Source: Paragordius varius
Taxonomy: Eukaryota; Animalia; Nematomorpha
NCBI GenBank assembly: GCA_964247055.1
Contig: OZ176050.1
Coordinates: 1,674,001 to 1,738,000, forward strand
Length of the DNA: 64,000 bases
Direction: 5' to 3'
The notes under the pieces were generated by a model. It was not told the origin of the DNA and searched no databases. It saw only the letters and a program-made list of their open reading frames with translations. The translations under genes were made by a program, and so were the position numbers. This document shows positions 26,201 to 39,170 of this stretch, one piece after another. Position 1 is the first letter of the stretch. Each line of letters opens with the position of its first letter.

Positions 26201-28290
26201 GATAGTTTGACAAACTCTTTCATATCCGATTTTACAACGATACTTTATAAATTAATGTACTCAAGTTAAATATTGTCCTTAAAAATGGGATATTGGTCAC
26301 CGGTGAACAAAATTATTTTTTATACATTCTCTTAGTAAGACTACATCAAAATATAGAGATGGTTTGACAAACTTTTTCATATCCGATTTTTACAACGATA
26401 CTTTATAAATTAATGTATTAAACTAATCGCATCAATACTCAAGTTAAACTTTGTCCTTAAAAATCGAATATTGGTCACCGGTGAACAAAATTATTTTTTA
26501 TACATTCTCTTAGTAGGACTACATCAAAATATAGAGATAGTTTGGCAAACTCTTTCATATCCGATTTTCACAACGATACTTTATAAATTAATGTATAAAA
26601 CTAGTCGTATCAATAAGTCGCATCAATACTCAAGTTAAACTTTGTCCTTAAAAATCGGATATTGGTCACCGGTGAACAAAATTATTTTTTATACATTCTC
26701 TTAGTAGGACTACATCAAAATAAAGAGATAGTTTGGCAAACTCTTTCATATCCAATTTTTACAACGATACTTTAAAAATTAATGTGTTAAACTAGTCGCA
26801 TCAATACTCAAGTTAAACTTTGTCCTTAAAAATCGGATATTGGTCACCGGTGAACAAAATTATTTTTTATACATTCTCTTAGCAAGACTACATCAAAATA
26901 TAGAGATAGTTTGGCAAACTCTTTCATATCCAATTTTTACAACGATACTTTATAAATTAATGTATTAAACTAGTCGCATCAATACTCAAATTAAACTTTG
27001 TCCTTAAAAATCGATATTGGTCACCGGTGAACAAAATTATTTTTTATACATTCTCTTAGTAAGACTACATCAAAATATGGAAATAGTTTGACAAACTCTT
27101 TCATATCCGATTTTTACAACGATACTTTAAAAATTAATGTATAAAACTAGTCGCATCAATACTCAAGTTAAACTTTGTCCTTAAAAATCGGATATTGGTC
27201 ACCGGTGAACAAAATTATTTTTTATACATTCTCTTAGCAAGACTACATCAAAATATAGAGATAGTTTGACAAACTCTTTCATATCCGATTTTACAACGAT
27301 ACTTTATAAATTGTACTCAAGTTAAATATTGTCCTTAAAAATGGGATATTGGTCACCGGTGAACAAAATTATTTTTTATACATTCTCTTAGTAAGACTAC
27401 ATCAAAATATAGAGATAGTTTGACAAACTCTTTCATATCCGATTTTTACAACGATACTTTAAAAATTAATGTGTTAAACTAGTCGCATCAATACTCAAGT
27501 TAAACTTTGTCCTTAAAAATCGGATATTGGTCACCGGTGAACAAAATTATTTTTTATACATTCTCTTAGTAGGACTACATCAAAATATAGAGATAGTTTT
27601 GCAAACTCTTTCATATCCGATTTTCACAACGATACTTTATAAATTAATGTATAAAACTAGTCGTATCAATAAGTCGCATCAATACTCAAGTTAAACTTTG
27701 TCCTTAAAAATCGGATATTGGTCACCGGTGAACAAAATTATTTTTTATACATTCTCTTAGTAGGACTACATCAAAATAAAGAGATAGTTTGGCAAACTCT
27801 TTCATATCCAATTTTTACAACGATACTTTATAAATTAATGTATTAAACTAGTCGCATCAATACTCAAATTAAACTTTGTCCTTAAAAATCGATATTGGTC
27901 ACCGGTGAACAAAATTATTTTTTATACATTCTCTTAGTAAGACTACATCAAAATATGGAAATAGTTAACTCTTTCATATCCGATTTTTACAACGATACTT
28001 TAAAAATTAATGTATAAAACTAGTCGCATCAATACTCAAGTTAAACTTTGTCCTTAAAAATCGGATATTGGTCACCGGTGAACAAAATTATTTTTTATAC
28101 ATTCTCTTAGCAAGACTACATCAAAATATAGAGATAGTTTGACAAACTCTTTCATATCCGATTTTACAACGATACTTTATAAATTAATGTACTCAAGTTA
28201 AATATTGTCCTTAAAAATGGGATATTGGTCACCGGTGAACAAAATTATTTTTTATACATTCTCTTAGTAGGACTACATCAAAATATAGAG
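17299..28290 (+). repeat. Variable-length higher-order repeat domain (5-10 monomers, mode 8, ~1.37 kb)
   Basis: Anchor TTTTCACAAC (191-bp monomer) at 17330, 18684, 20054, 21251, 22961, 23822, 25196, 26569 and 27625. Confidence 0.9.
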
Positions 28291-29193
28291 ATAGTTTGGC
28301 AAACTCTTTCATATCCGAATTTTACAACGATACTTTATAAATTAATGTATAAAACTAGTCGTATCAATAAGTCACATCAATACTCAAGTTAAACTTTGTC
28401 CTTAAAAATCGGATATTGGTCACCTGTGAACAATATTAATTTTTATACATTCTCTTTGTAGGACTACATCAAAATATAGAGATAGTTTGGCAAACTCTTT
28501 CATATCCGATTTTTACAACGATACTTTAAAAATTAATGTATAAAACTAGTCGCATCAATACTCAAGTTAAACTTTGTCCTTAAAAATCGAATATTGGTCA
28601 CCGGTGAACAAAATTATTTTTTATACATTCTCTTAGTAAGACTAGATCAAAATATAGAGATAGTTTGACAAACTCTTTCATATCCGATTTTTACAACGAT
28701 ACTTTAAAAATTAATGTGTTAAACTAGTTGCATCAATACTCAAGTTAAACTTTGTCCTTAAAAATCGGATATTGGTCACCGGTGAACAAAATTATTTTTT
28801 ATACATTCTCTTAGCAAGACTACATCAAAATATAGAGATAGTTTGACAAACTCTTTCATATCCGATTTTTACAACGATACTTTATAAATTAATGTATTAA
28901 ACTAGTCGCATCAATACTCAAATTAAACTTTGTCCTTAAAAATCGATATTGGTCACCGGTGAACAAAATTATTTTTTATATATTCTCTTAGTAGGACTAC
29001 ATCAAAATATAGAGATAATTTGGCAAACTCTTTCATATCCGATTTTTACAACGATACTTTATAAATTAATGTATTAAACTAGTCGCATCAAAACTCAAAT
29101 TAAACTTTGTCCTTAAAAATCGGATATTGGTCACCGGTGAACAAAATTATTTTTTATACATTCTCTTAGCAAGACTACATCAAAATATAGAGA

Positions 29194-31300
29194 TAGTTTG
29201 ACAAACTCTTTCATATCCGATTTTTACAACGATACTTTAAAAATTAATGTACTCAAGTTAAATTTTGTCCTTAAAAATGGGATATTGGTCACCGGTGAAC
29301 AAAACTATTTTTTATACATTCTCTTAGTAAGGCTACATCAAAATATAGAGATAGTTTGACAAACTATTTCATATCCGATTTTTACAACGATACATTAGAA
29401 ATTAATGTATAAAACTAGTCGCATCAATACTCAAGTTAAACTTTGTCCTTAAAAATAGGATATTGGTCACCGGTGAACAAAATTATTTTTTATACATTCT
29501 CTTAGTAAGACTACATCAAAATATAGAGATAGTTTGACAAACTCTTTCATATCCGATTTTTACAACGATACTTTAAAAATTAATGTATAAAACTAGTCGT
29601 ATCAATAAATCGCATCAATATTCAAGTTAAACTTTGTCCTTAAAAATCGAGATATTGGTCACCGGTGAACAAAATTATTTTTTATACATTCTCTTAGTAG
29701 GACTACATCAAAATATAGAGATAGTTTGGCAAACTCTTTCATATCCGATTTTTACAACGATACTTTAAAAATTAATGTATAAAACTAGTCGCATCAATAC
29801 TCAAGTTAAACTTTGTCCTTAAAAATCGAATATTGGTCACCGGTGAACAAAATTATTTTTTATACATTCTCTTAGCTAACTACATCAAAATATAGAGATA
29901 GTTTGACAAACTCTTTCATATCCGATTTTTACAACGATACTTTAAAAATTAATGTACTCAAGTTAAATTTTGTCCTTAAAAATGGGATATTGGTCACCGG
30001 TGAAGAAAACTATTTTTTATACATTCTCTTAGTAAGGCTACATCAAAATATAGAGATAGTTTGACAAACTATTTCATATCCGATTTTTACAACGATACAT
30101 TAGAAATTAATGTATAAAACTAATCGCATCAATACTCAAGTTAAACTTTGTCCTTAAAAATCGGATATTGGTCACCGGTGAACAAAATTATTTTTTATAC
30201 ATTCTCTTAGTAAGACTACATCAAAATATAGAGATAGTTTGACAAACTCTTTCATATCCGATTTTTACAACGATACTTTAAAAATTAATGTATAAAACTA
30301 GTCGTATCAATAAATCGCATCAATATTCAAGTTAAACTTTGTCCTTAAAAATCGAGATATTGGTCACCGGTGAACAAAATTATTTTTTATACATTCTCTT
30401 AGTAGGACTACATCAAAATATAGAGATAGTTTGGCAAACTCTTTCATATCCGATTTTTACAACGATACTTTAAAAATTAATGTATAAAACTAGTCGCATC
30501 AATACTCAAGTTAAACTTTGTCCTTAAAAATCGAATATTGGTCACCGGTGAACAAAATTATTTTTTATACATTCTCTTAGCTAACTACATCAAAATATAG
30601 AGATAGTTTGACAAACTCTTTCATATCCGATTTTTACAACGATACTTTAAAAATTAATGTACTGAAGTTAAATTTTGTCCTTAAAAATGGGATATTGGTC
30701 ACCGGTGAACAAAACTATTTTTTATACATTCTCTTAGTAAGGCTACATCAAAATATAGAGATAGTTTGACAAACTATTTCATATCCGATTTTTACAACGA
30801 TACATTAGAAATTAATGTATAAAACTAATCGCATCAATACTCAAGTTAAACTTTGTCCTTAAAAATCGGATATTGGTCACCGGTGAACAAAATTATTTTT
30901 TATACATTCTCTTAGTAAGACTACATCAAAATATAGAGATAGTTTGACAAACTCTTTCATATCCGATTTTTACAACGATACTTTAAAAATTAATGTATAA
31001 AACTAGTCGTATCAATAAATCGCATCAATACTTAAGTTAAACTTTGTCCTTAAAAATCGGATATTGGTCACCGGTGAACAAAATTATTTTTTATACATTC
31101 TCTTAGTAGGACTACATCAAAATATAGAGATAGTTTGGCAAACTCTTTCATATCCGATTTTTACAACGATACTTTATAAATTAATGTATAAAACTAGTCG
31201 CATCAATACTCAAGTTAAACTTTGTCCTTAAAAATCGAATATTGGTCACCGGTGAACAAATTTTTTTTTTATACATTCTCTTAGTAAGACTACATCAAAA
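29194..31300 (+). repeat. Tandem 4-mer higher-order repeat, 705 bp x~3
   Basis: CATTAGAA at 29393, 30098 and 30803; unit starts at 29194, 29899 and 30604; 158+178+192+177 = 705. Confidence 0.92.
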
Positions 31301-33839
31301 TATAGAGATAGTTTGACAAACTCTTTCATATCCGATTTTTACAACGATACTTTAAAAATTAATGTGTTAAACTAGTCGCATCAATACTCAAGTTAAACTT
31401 TGTCCTTAAAAATCGGATATTGGTCACCGGTGAACAAAATTATTTTTTATACATTCTCTTAGCAAGACTACATCAAAATATAGAGATAGTTTGACAAACT
31501 CTTTCATATTCGATTTTTACAACGATACTTTATAAATTAATGTATTAAACTAGTCGCATCAATACTCAAATTAATTTGTCCTTAAAAATCGATATTGGTC
31601 ACCGGTGAACAAAATTATTTTTTATATATTCTCTTTGTAAGACTAAATCAATATATAGAGATAGTTTGGCAAACTCTTTCATATCCGATTTTTACAACGA
31701 TACTTTATAAATTAATGTATAAAACTAGTCGTATCAATAAGTCGCATCAATACTCAAGTTAAACTTTGTCCTTAAAAATCGGATATTGGTCACCGGTGAA
31801 CAAAATTATTTTTTATACATTCTCTTTGTAGGACTACATCAAAATATAGAGATAGTTTGGCAAACTCTTTCATATCCGATTTTTACAACGATACTTTAAA
31901 AATTTATGTATAAAACTAGTCGCATCAATACTCAAGTTAAACTTTGTCCTTAAAAATCGAATATTGGTCACCGGTGAACAAAATTATTTTTTATACATTC
32001 TCTTAGTAAGACTACATCAAAATATAGAGATAGTTTGACAAACTCTTTCATATCCGATTTTTACAACGATACTTTAAAAATTAATGTATAAAAGTCGCAT
32101 CAATACTCAAGTTAAACTTTGTCCTTAAAAATCGAATATTGTTCACCGGTGAACAAAATTATTTTTTATATATTCTCTTATCAAGACTACATCAAAATAT
32201 AGAGATAGTTTGACAAACTCTTTCATATCCGATTTTTACAACGATTCTTTAAAAATTAATGTATAAAACTAGTCGCATAAAACTCAAGTTAAACTTTGTC
32301 CTTAAAAATCGAATATTGGTCACCGGTGAACAAAATTATTTTTTATACATTCTCTTAGTAAGACTACATCAAAATATAGAGATAGTTTGACAAACTCTTT
32401 CATACCCGATTTTTACAACGATACTTTAAAAATTAATGTACTCAAGTTAAATTTTGTCCTTAAAAATCGGATATTGGTCACCGGTGAACAAAATTATTTT
32501 TTATACATTCTCTTAGTAAGACTACATCAAAATATAAAGATAGTTTGACAAACTCTTTCATATCCGATTTTTACAACGATACTTTAAAAATTAATGTATA
32601 AAACTAGTCGCATCAATACTCAAGTTAAACTTTGTCCTTAAAAATCTGATATTGGTCACCGGTGAACAAAATTATTTTTTATACATTCTCTTAGCAAGAC
32701 TACATCAAAATATAGAGATAGTTTGACAAACTCTTTCATATCCGATTTTTACAACGATACTTTAAAAATTAATGTATAAAACTAGTCGTATCAATAAATC
32801 GCATCAATACTCAAGTTAAACTTTGTCCTTAAAAATCGGATATTGGTCACCGGTGAACAAAATTATTTTTTATACATTCTCTTAGTAGGACTACATCAAA
32901 ATATAGAGATAGTTTGGCAAACTCTTTCATATCCGATTTTTACAATGATACTTTAAAAATTAATGTATAAAACTAGTCGCATCAATACTCAAGTTAAACT
33001 TTGTCCTTAAAAATCGAATATTGGTCACCGGTGAACAAAATTATTTTTTATACATTCTCTTAGCAAGACTACATCAAAATATAGAGATAGTTTGACAAAC
33101 TCTTTCATATCCGATTTTTACAACGATACTTTAAAAATTAATGTATAAAACTAGTTGTATCAATAAATCGCATCAATACTCAAGTTAAACTTTGTCCTTA
33201 AAAATCGGATATTGGTCACCGGTGAACAAAACTATTTTTTATACATTCTCTTAGTAGGACTACATCAAAATATAGAGATAGTTTGGCAAAATCTTTCATA
33301 TCCGATTTTTACAACGATACTTTAAAAATTATGGTATTAAACCTGTCGCATCAATACTCAAGTTAAACTTTGTCCTTCAAAATCGGATATTGGTCACCGG
33401 TGAACAAAACTATTTTTTATACATTTTCTTAGTAAGACTACATCAAAATATAGAGATAGTTTGACAAACTATTTCATATCCGATTTTTACAACGATATTT
33501 AAAAATTAATGTATAAAACTAGTCGTATCAATAAATCGCATCAATACTCAAGTTAAACTTTGTCCTTAAAAATCGGATATTGGTCACCGGTGAACAAAAT
33601 TATTTTTTATACATTCTCTTAGTAGGACTACATCAAAATATAGAGATAGTTTGGCAAACTTTTTCATATCCGATTTTTACAACGATACTTTATAAATTAA
33701 TGTATCAAACTAGTCGTATCAATAAGTCGCATCAATACTCAAGTTAAACTTTGTCCTTAAAAATCGGATATTGGTCACCGATGAACAAAATTATTTTTTA
33801 TACATTCTCTTAGTAGGACTACATCAAAATATAGAGATA

Positions 33840-35400
33840 GTTTGACAAACTCTTTCATATCCGATTTTTACAACGATACTTTAAAAATTAATGTATAAAA
33901 CTAGTCGCATAAAACTCAAGTTAAACTTTGTCCTTAAAAATCGAATATTGGTCACCGGTGAACAAAATTATTTTTTATACATTCTCTTAGTAAGACTACA
34001 TCAAAATATAGAGATAGTTTGACAAACTCTTTCATATCCGATTTTTACAACGATACTTTAAAAATTAATGTACTCAAGTTAAATTTTGTCCTTAAAAATC
34101 GGATATTGGTCACCGGTGAACAAAATTATTTTTTATACATTCTCTTAGTAAGACTACATCAAAATATAAAGATAGTTTGACAAACTCTTTCATATCCGAT
34201 TTTTACAACGATACTTTAAAAATTAATGTATAAAAGTCGCATCAATACTCAAGTTAAACTTTGTCCTTAAAAATCGAATATTGTTCACCGGTGAACAAAA
34301 TTATTTTTTATATATTCTCTTAGCAAGACTACATCAAAATATAGAGATAGTTTGACAAACTCTTTCATATCCGATTTTTACAACGATACTTTAAAAATTA
34401 ATGTATAAAACTAGTCGCATAAAACTCAAGTTAAACTTTGTCCTTAAAAATCGAATATTGGTCACCGGTGAACAAAATTATTTTTTATACATTCTCTTAG
34501 TAAGACTACATCAAAATATAGAGATAGTTTGACAAACTCTTTCATATCCGATTTTTACAACGATACTTTAAAAATTAATGTGCTCAAGTTAAATTTTGTC
34601 CTTAAAAATCGGATATTGGTCAGCGGTGAACAAAATTATTTTTTATACATTCTCTTAGTAAAACTACATCAAAATATAAAGATAGTTTGACAAACTCTTT
34701 CATATCCGATTTTTACAACGATACTTTAAAAATTAATGTATAAAAGTCGCATCAATACTCAAGTTAAACTTTGTCCTTAAAAATCGAATATTGTTCACCG
34801 GTGAACAAAATTATTTTTTATATATTCTCTTAGCAAGACTACATCAAAATATAGAGATAGTTTGACAAACTCTTTCATATCCGATTTTTACAACGATACT
34901 TTAAAAATTAATGTATAAAACTAGTCGCATCAATACTCAAGTTAAACTTTGTCCTTAAAAATCGGATATTGGTCACCGGTGAACAAAATTATTTTTTATA
35001 CATTCTCTTAGTAAGACTACATCAAAATATAGAGATAGTTTGACAAACTCTTTCATATCCGATTTTTACAACGATACTTTAAAAATTAATGTGCTCAAGT
35101 TAAATTTTGTCCTTAAAAATCGGATATTGGTCAGCGGTGAACAAAATTATTTTTTATACATTCTCTTAGTAAAACTACATCAAAATATAAAGATAGTTTG
35201 ACAAACTCTTTCATATCCGATTTTTACAACGATACTTTAAAAATTAATGTATAAAAGTCGCATCAATACTCAAGTTAAACTTTGTCCTTAAAAATCGAAT
35301 ATTGTTCACCGGTGAACAAAATTATTTTTTATATATTCTCTTAGCAAGACTACATCAAAATATAGAGATAGTTTGACAAACTCTTTCATATCCGATTTTT
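33840..35400 (+). repeat. Tandem 3-mer higher-order repeat, 510-511 bp x3
   Basis: TATAAAAGTCG (175-bp monomer) at 34236, 34746 and 35257; 175+177/178+158. Confidence 0.88.
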
Positions 35401-38400
35401 ACAACGATACTTTAAAAATTAATGTATAAAACTAGTCGCATCAATACTCAAGTTAAACTTTGTCCTTAAAAATCGGATATTGGTCACCGGTGAACAAAAT
35501 TATTTTTTAAACATTCTCTTAGCAAGACTACATCAAAATATAGAGATAGTTTGACAAACTCTTTCATATCCGATTTTTACAACGATACTTTAAAAATTAA
35601 TGTATAAAACTAGTCGTATCAATAAATCGCATCAATACTCAAGTTAAACTTTGTCCTTAAAAATCGGATATTGGTCAACGGTGAACAAAATTATTTTTTA
35701 TACATTCTCTTAGTAGGACTACATCAAAATATAGAGATAGTTTGGCAAACTCTTTCATATCCGATTTTTACAATGATACTTTAAAATATAATGTATAAAA
35801 CTAGTCGCATCAATACTCAAGTTAAACTTTGTCCTTAAAAATCGAATATTGGTCACCGGTGAACAAAATTATTTTTTATACATTCTCTTAGCAAGACTAC
35901 ATCAAAATATAGAGATAGTTTGACAAACTCTTTCATATCCGATTTTTACAACGATACTTTAAAAATTAATGTATAAAACTAGTTGTATCAATAAATCGCA
36001 TCAATACTCAAGTTAAACTTTGTCCTTAAAAATCGGATATTGGTCACCGGTGAACAAAACTATTTTTTATACATTCTCTTAGTAGGACTACATCAAAATA
36101 TAGAGATAGTTTGGCAAAATCTTTCATATCCGATTTTTACAACGATACTTTAAAAATTATGGTATTAAACCTGTCGCATCAATACTCAAGTTAAACTTTG
36201 TCCTTCAAAATCGGATATTGGTCACCGGTGAACAAAACTATTTTTTATACATTCTCTTAGTAAGACTACATCAAAATTTAGAGATAGTTTGACAAACTAT
36301 TTCATATCCGATTTTTACAACGATATTTAAAAATTAATGTATAAAACTAGTCGTATCAATAAATCGCATCAATACTCAAGTTAAACTTTGTCCTTAAAAA
36401 TCGGATATTGGTCACCGGTGAACAAAATTATTTTTTAAACATTCTCTTAGCAAGACTACATCAAAATATAGAGATAGTTTGACAAACTCTTTCATATCCG
36501 ATTTTTACAACGATACTTTAAAAATTAATGTATAAAACTAGTCGTATCAATAAATCGCATCAATACTCAAGTTAAACTTTGTCCTTAAAAATCGGATATT
36601 GGTCAACGGTGAACAAAATTATTTTTTATACATTCTCTTAGTAGGACTACATCAAAATATAGAGATAGTTTGGCAAACTCTTTCATATCCGATTTTTACA
36701 ATGATACTTTAAAATATAATGTATAAAACTAGTTGTATCAATAAATCGCATCAATACTCAAGTTAAACTTTGTCCTTAAAAATCGGATATTGGTCACCGG
36801 TGAACAAAACTATTTTTTATACATTCTCTTAGTAGGACTACATCAAAATATAGAGATAGTTTGGCAAAATCTTTCATATCCGATTTTTACAACGATACTT
36901 TAAAAATTATGGTATTAAACCTGTCGCATCAATACTCAAGTTAAACTTTGTCCTTCAAAATCGGATATTGGTCACCGGTGAACAAAACTATTTTTTATAC
37001 ATTCTCTTAGTAAGACTACATCAAAATTTAGAGATAGTTTGACAAACTATTTCATATCCGATTTATACAACGATATTTAAAAATTAATGTATAAAACTAG
37101 TCGTATCAATAAATCGCATCAATACTCAAGTTAAACTTTGTCCTTAAAAATCGGATATTGGTCACCGGTGAACAAAATTATTTTTTATACATTCTCTTAG
37201 TAGGACTACATCAAAATATAGAGATAGTTTGGCAAACTTTTTCATATCCGATTTTTACAACGATACTTTATAAATTAATGTATCAAACTAGTCGTATCAA
37301 TAAGTCGCATCAATACTCAAGTTAAACTTTGTCCTTAAAAATCGGATATTGGTCACCGATGAACAAAATTATTTTTTATACATTCTCTTAGTAGGACTAC
37401 ATCAAAATATAGAGATAGTTTGACAAACTCTTTCATATCCGATTTTTACAACGATACTTTAAAAATTAATGTATAAAACTAGTCGCATAAAACTCAAGTT
37501 AAACTTTGTCCTTAAAAATCGAATATTGGTCACCGGTGAACAAAATTATTTTTTATACATTCTCTTAGTAAGACTACATCAAAATATAGAGATAGTTTGA
37601 CAAACTCTTTCATATCCGATTTTTACAACGATACTTTAAAAATTAATGTACTCAAGTTAAATTTTGTCCTTAAAAATCGGATATTGGTCACCGGTGAACA
37701 AAATTATTTTTTATACATTCTCTTAGTAAGACTACATCAAAATATAAAGATAGTTTGACAAACTCTTTCATATCCGATTTTTACAACGATACTTTAAAAA
37801 TTAATGTATAAAAGTCGCATCAATACTCAAGTTAAACTTTGTCCTTAAAAATCGAATATTGTTCACCGGTGAACAAAATTATTTTTTATATATTCTCTTA
37901 GCAAGACTACATCAAAATATTGAGATAGTTTGACAAACTCTTTCATATCCGATTTTTACAACGATACTTTAAAAATTAATGTATAAAACTAGTCGCATAA
38001 AACTCAAGTTAAACTTTGTCCTTAAAAATCGAATATTGGTCACCGGTGAACAAAATTATTTTTTATACATTCTCTTAGTAAGACTACATCAAAATATAGA
38101 GATAGTTTGACAAACTCTTTCATATCCGATTTTTACAACGATACTTTAAAAATTAATGTGCTCAAGTTAAATTTTGTCCTTAAAAATCGGATATTGGTCA
38201 CCGGTGAACAAAATTATTTTTTATACATTCTCTTAGTAAAACTACATCAAAATATAAAGATAGTTTGACAAACTCTTTCATATCCGATTTTTACAACGAT
38301 ACTTTAAAAATTAATGTATAAAACTAGTCGCATCAATACTCAAGTTAAACTTTGTCCTTAAAAATCGGATATTGGTCACCGGTGAACAAAATTATTTTTT

Positions 38401-39170
38401 ATACATTCTCTTAGCAAGACTACATCAAAATATAGAGATAGTTTGACAAACTCTTTCATATCTGATTTTTACAACGATACTTTAAAAATTAATGTATAAA
38501 ACTAGTCGTATCAATAAATCGCATCAATACTCAAGTTAAACTTTGTCCTTAAAAATCGGATATTGGTCAACGGTGAACAAAATTATTTTTTATACATTCT
38601 CTTAGTAGGACTACATCAAAATATAGAGATAGTTTGGCAAACTCTTTCATATCCGATTTTTACAATGATACTTTAAAATATAATGTATAAAACTAGTCGC
38701 ATCAATACTCAAGTTAAACTTTGTCCTTAAAAATCGAATATTGGTCACCGGTGAACAAAATTATTTTTTAATTCTCTTAGCAAGACTACATCAAAATATA
38801 GAGATAGTTTGACAAACTCTTTCATATCCGATTTTTACAACGATACTTTAAAAATTAATGTATAAAACTAGTTGTATCAATAAATCGCATCAATACTCAA
38901 GTTAAACTTTGTCCTTAAAAATCGGATATTGGTCACCGGTGAACAAAACTATTTTTTATACATTCTCTTAGTAGGACTACATCAAAATATAGAGATAGTT
39001 TGGCAAAATCTTTCATATCCGATTTTTACAACGATACTTTAAAAATTATGGTATTAAACCTGTCGCATCAATACTCAAGTTAAACTTTGTCCTTAAAAAT
39101 CGGATATTGGTCACCGGTGAACAAAATTATTTTTTATACATTCTCTTAGCAAGACTACATCAAAATATAA

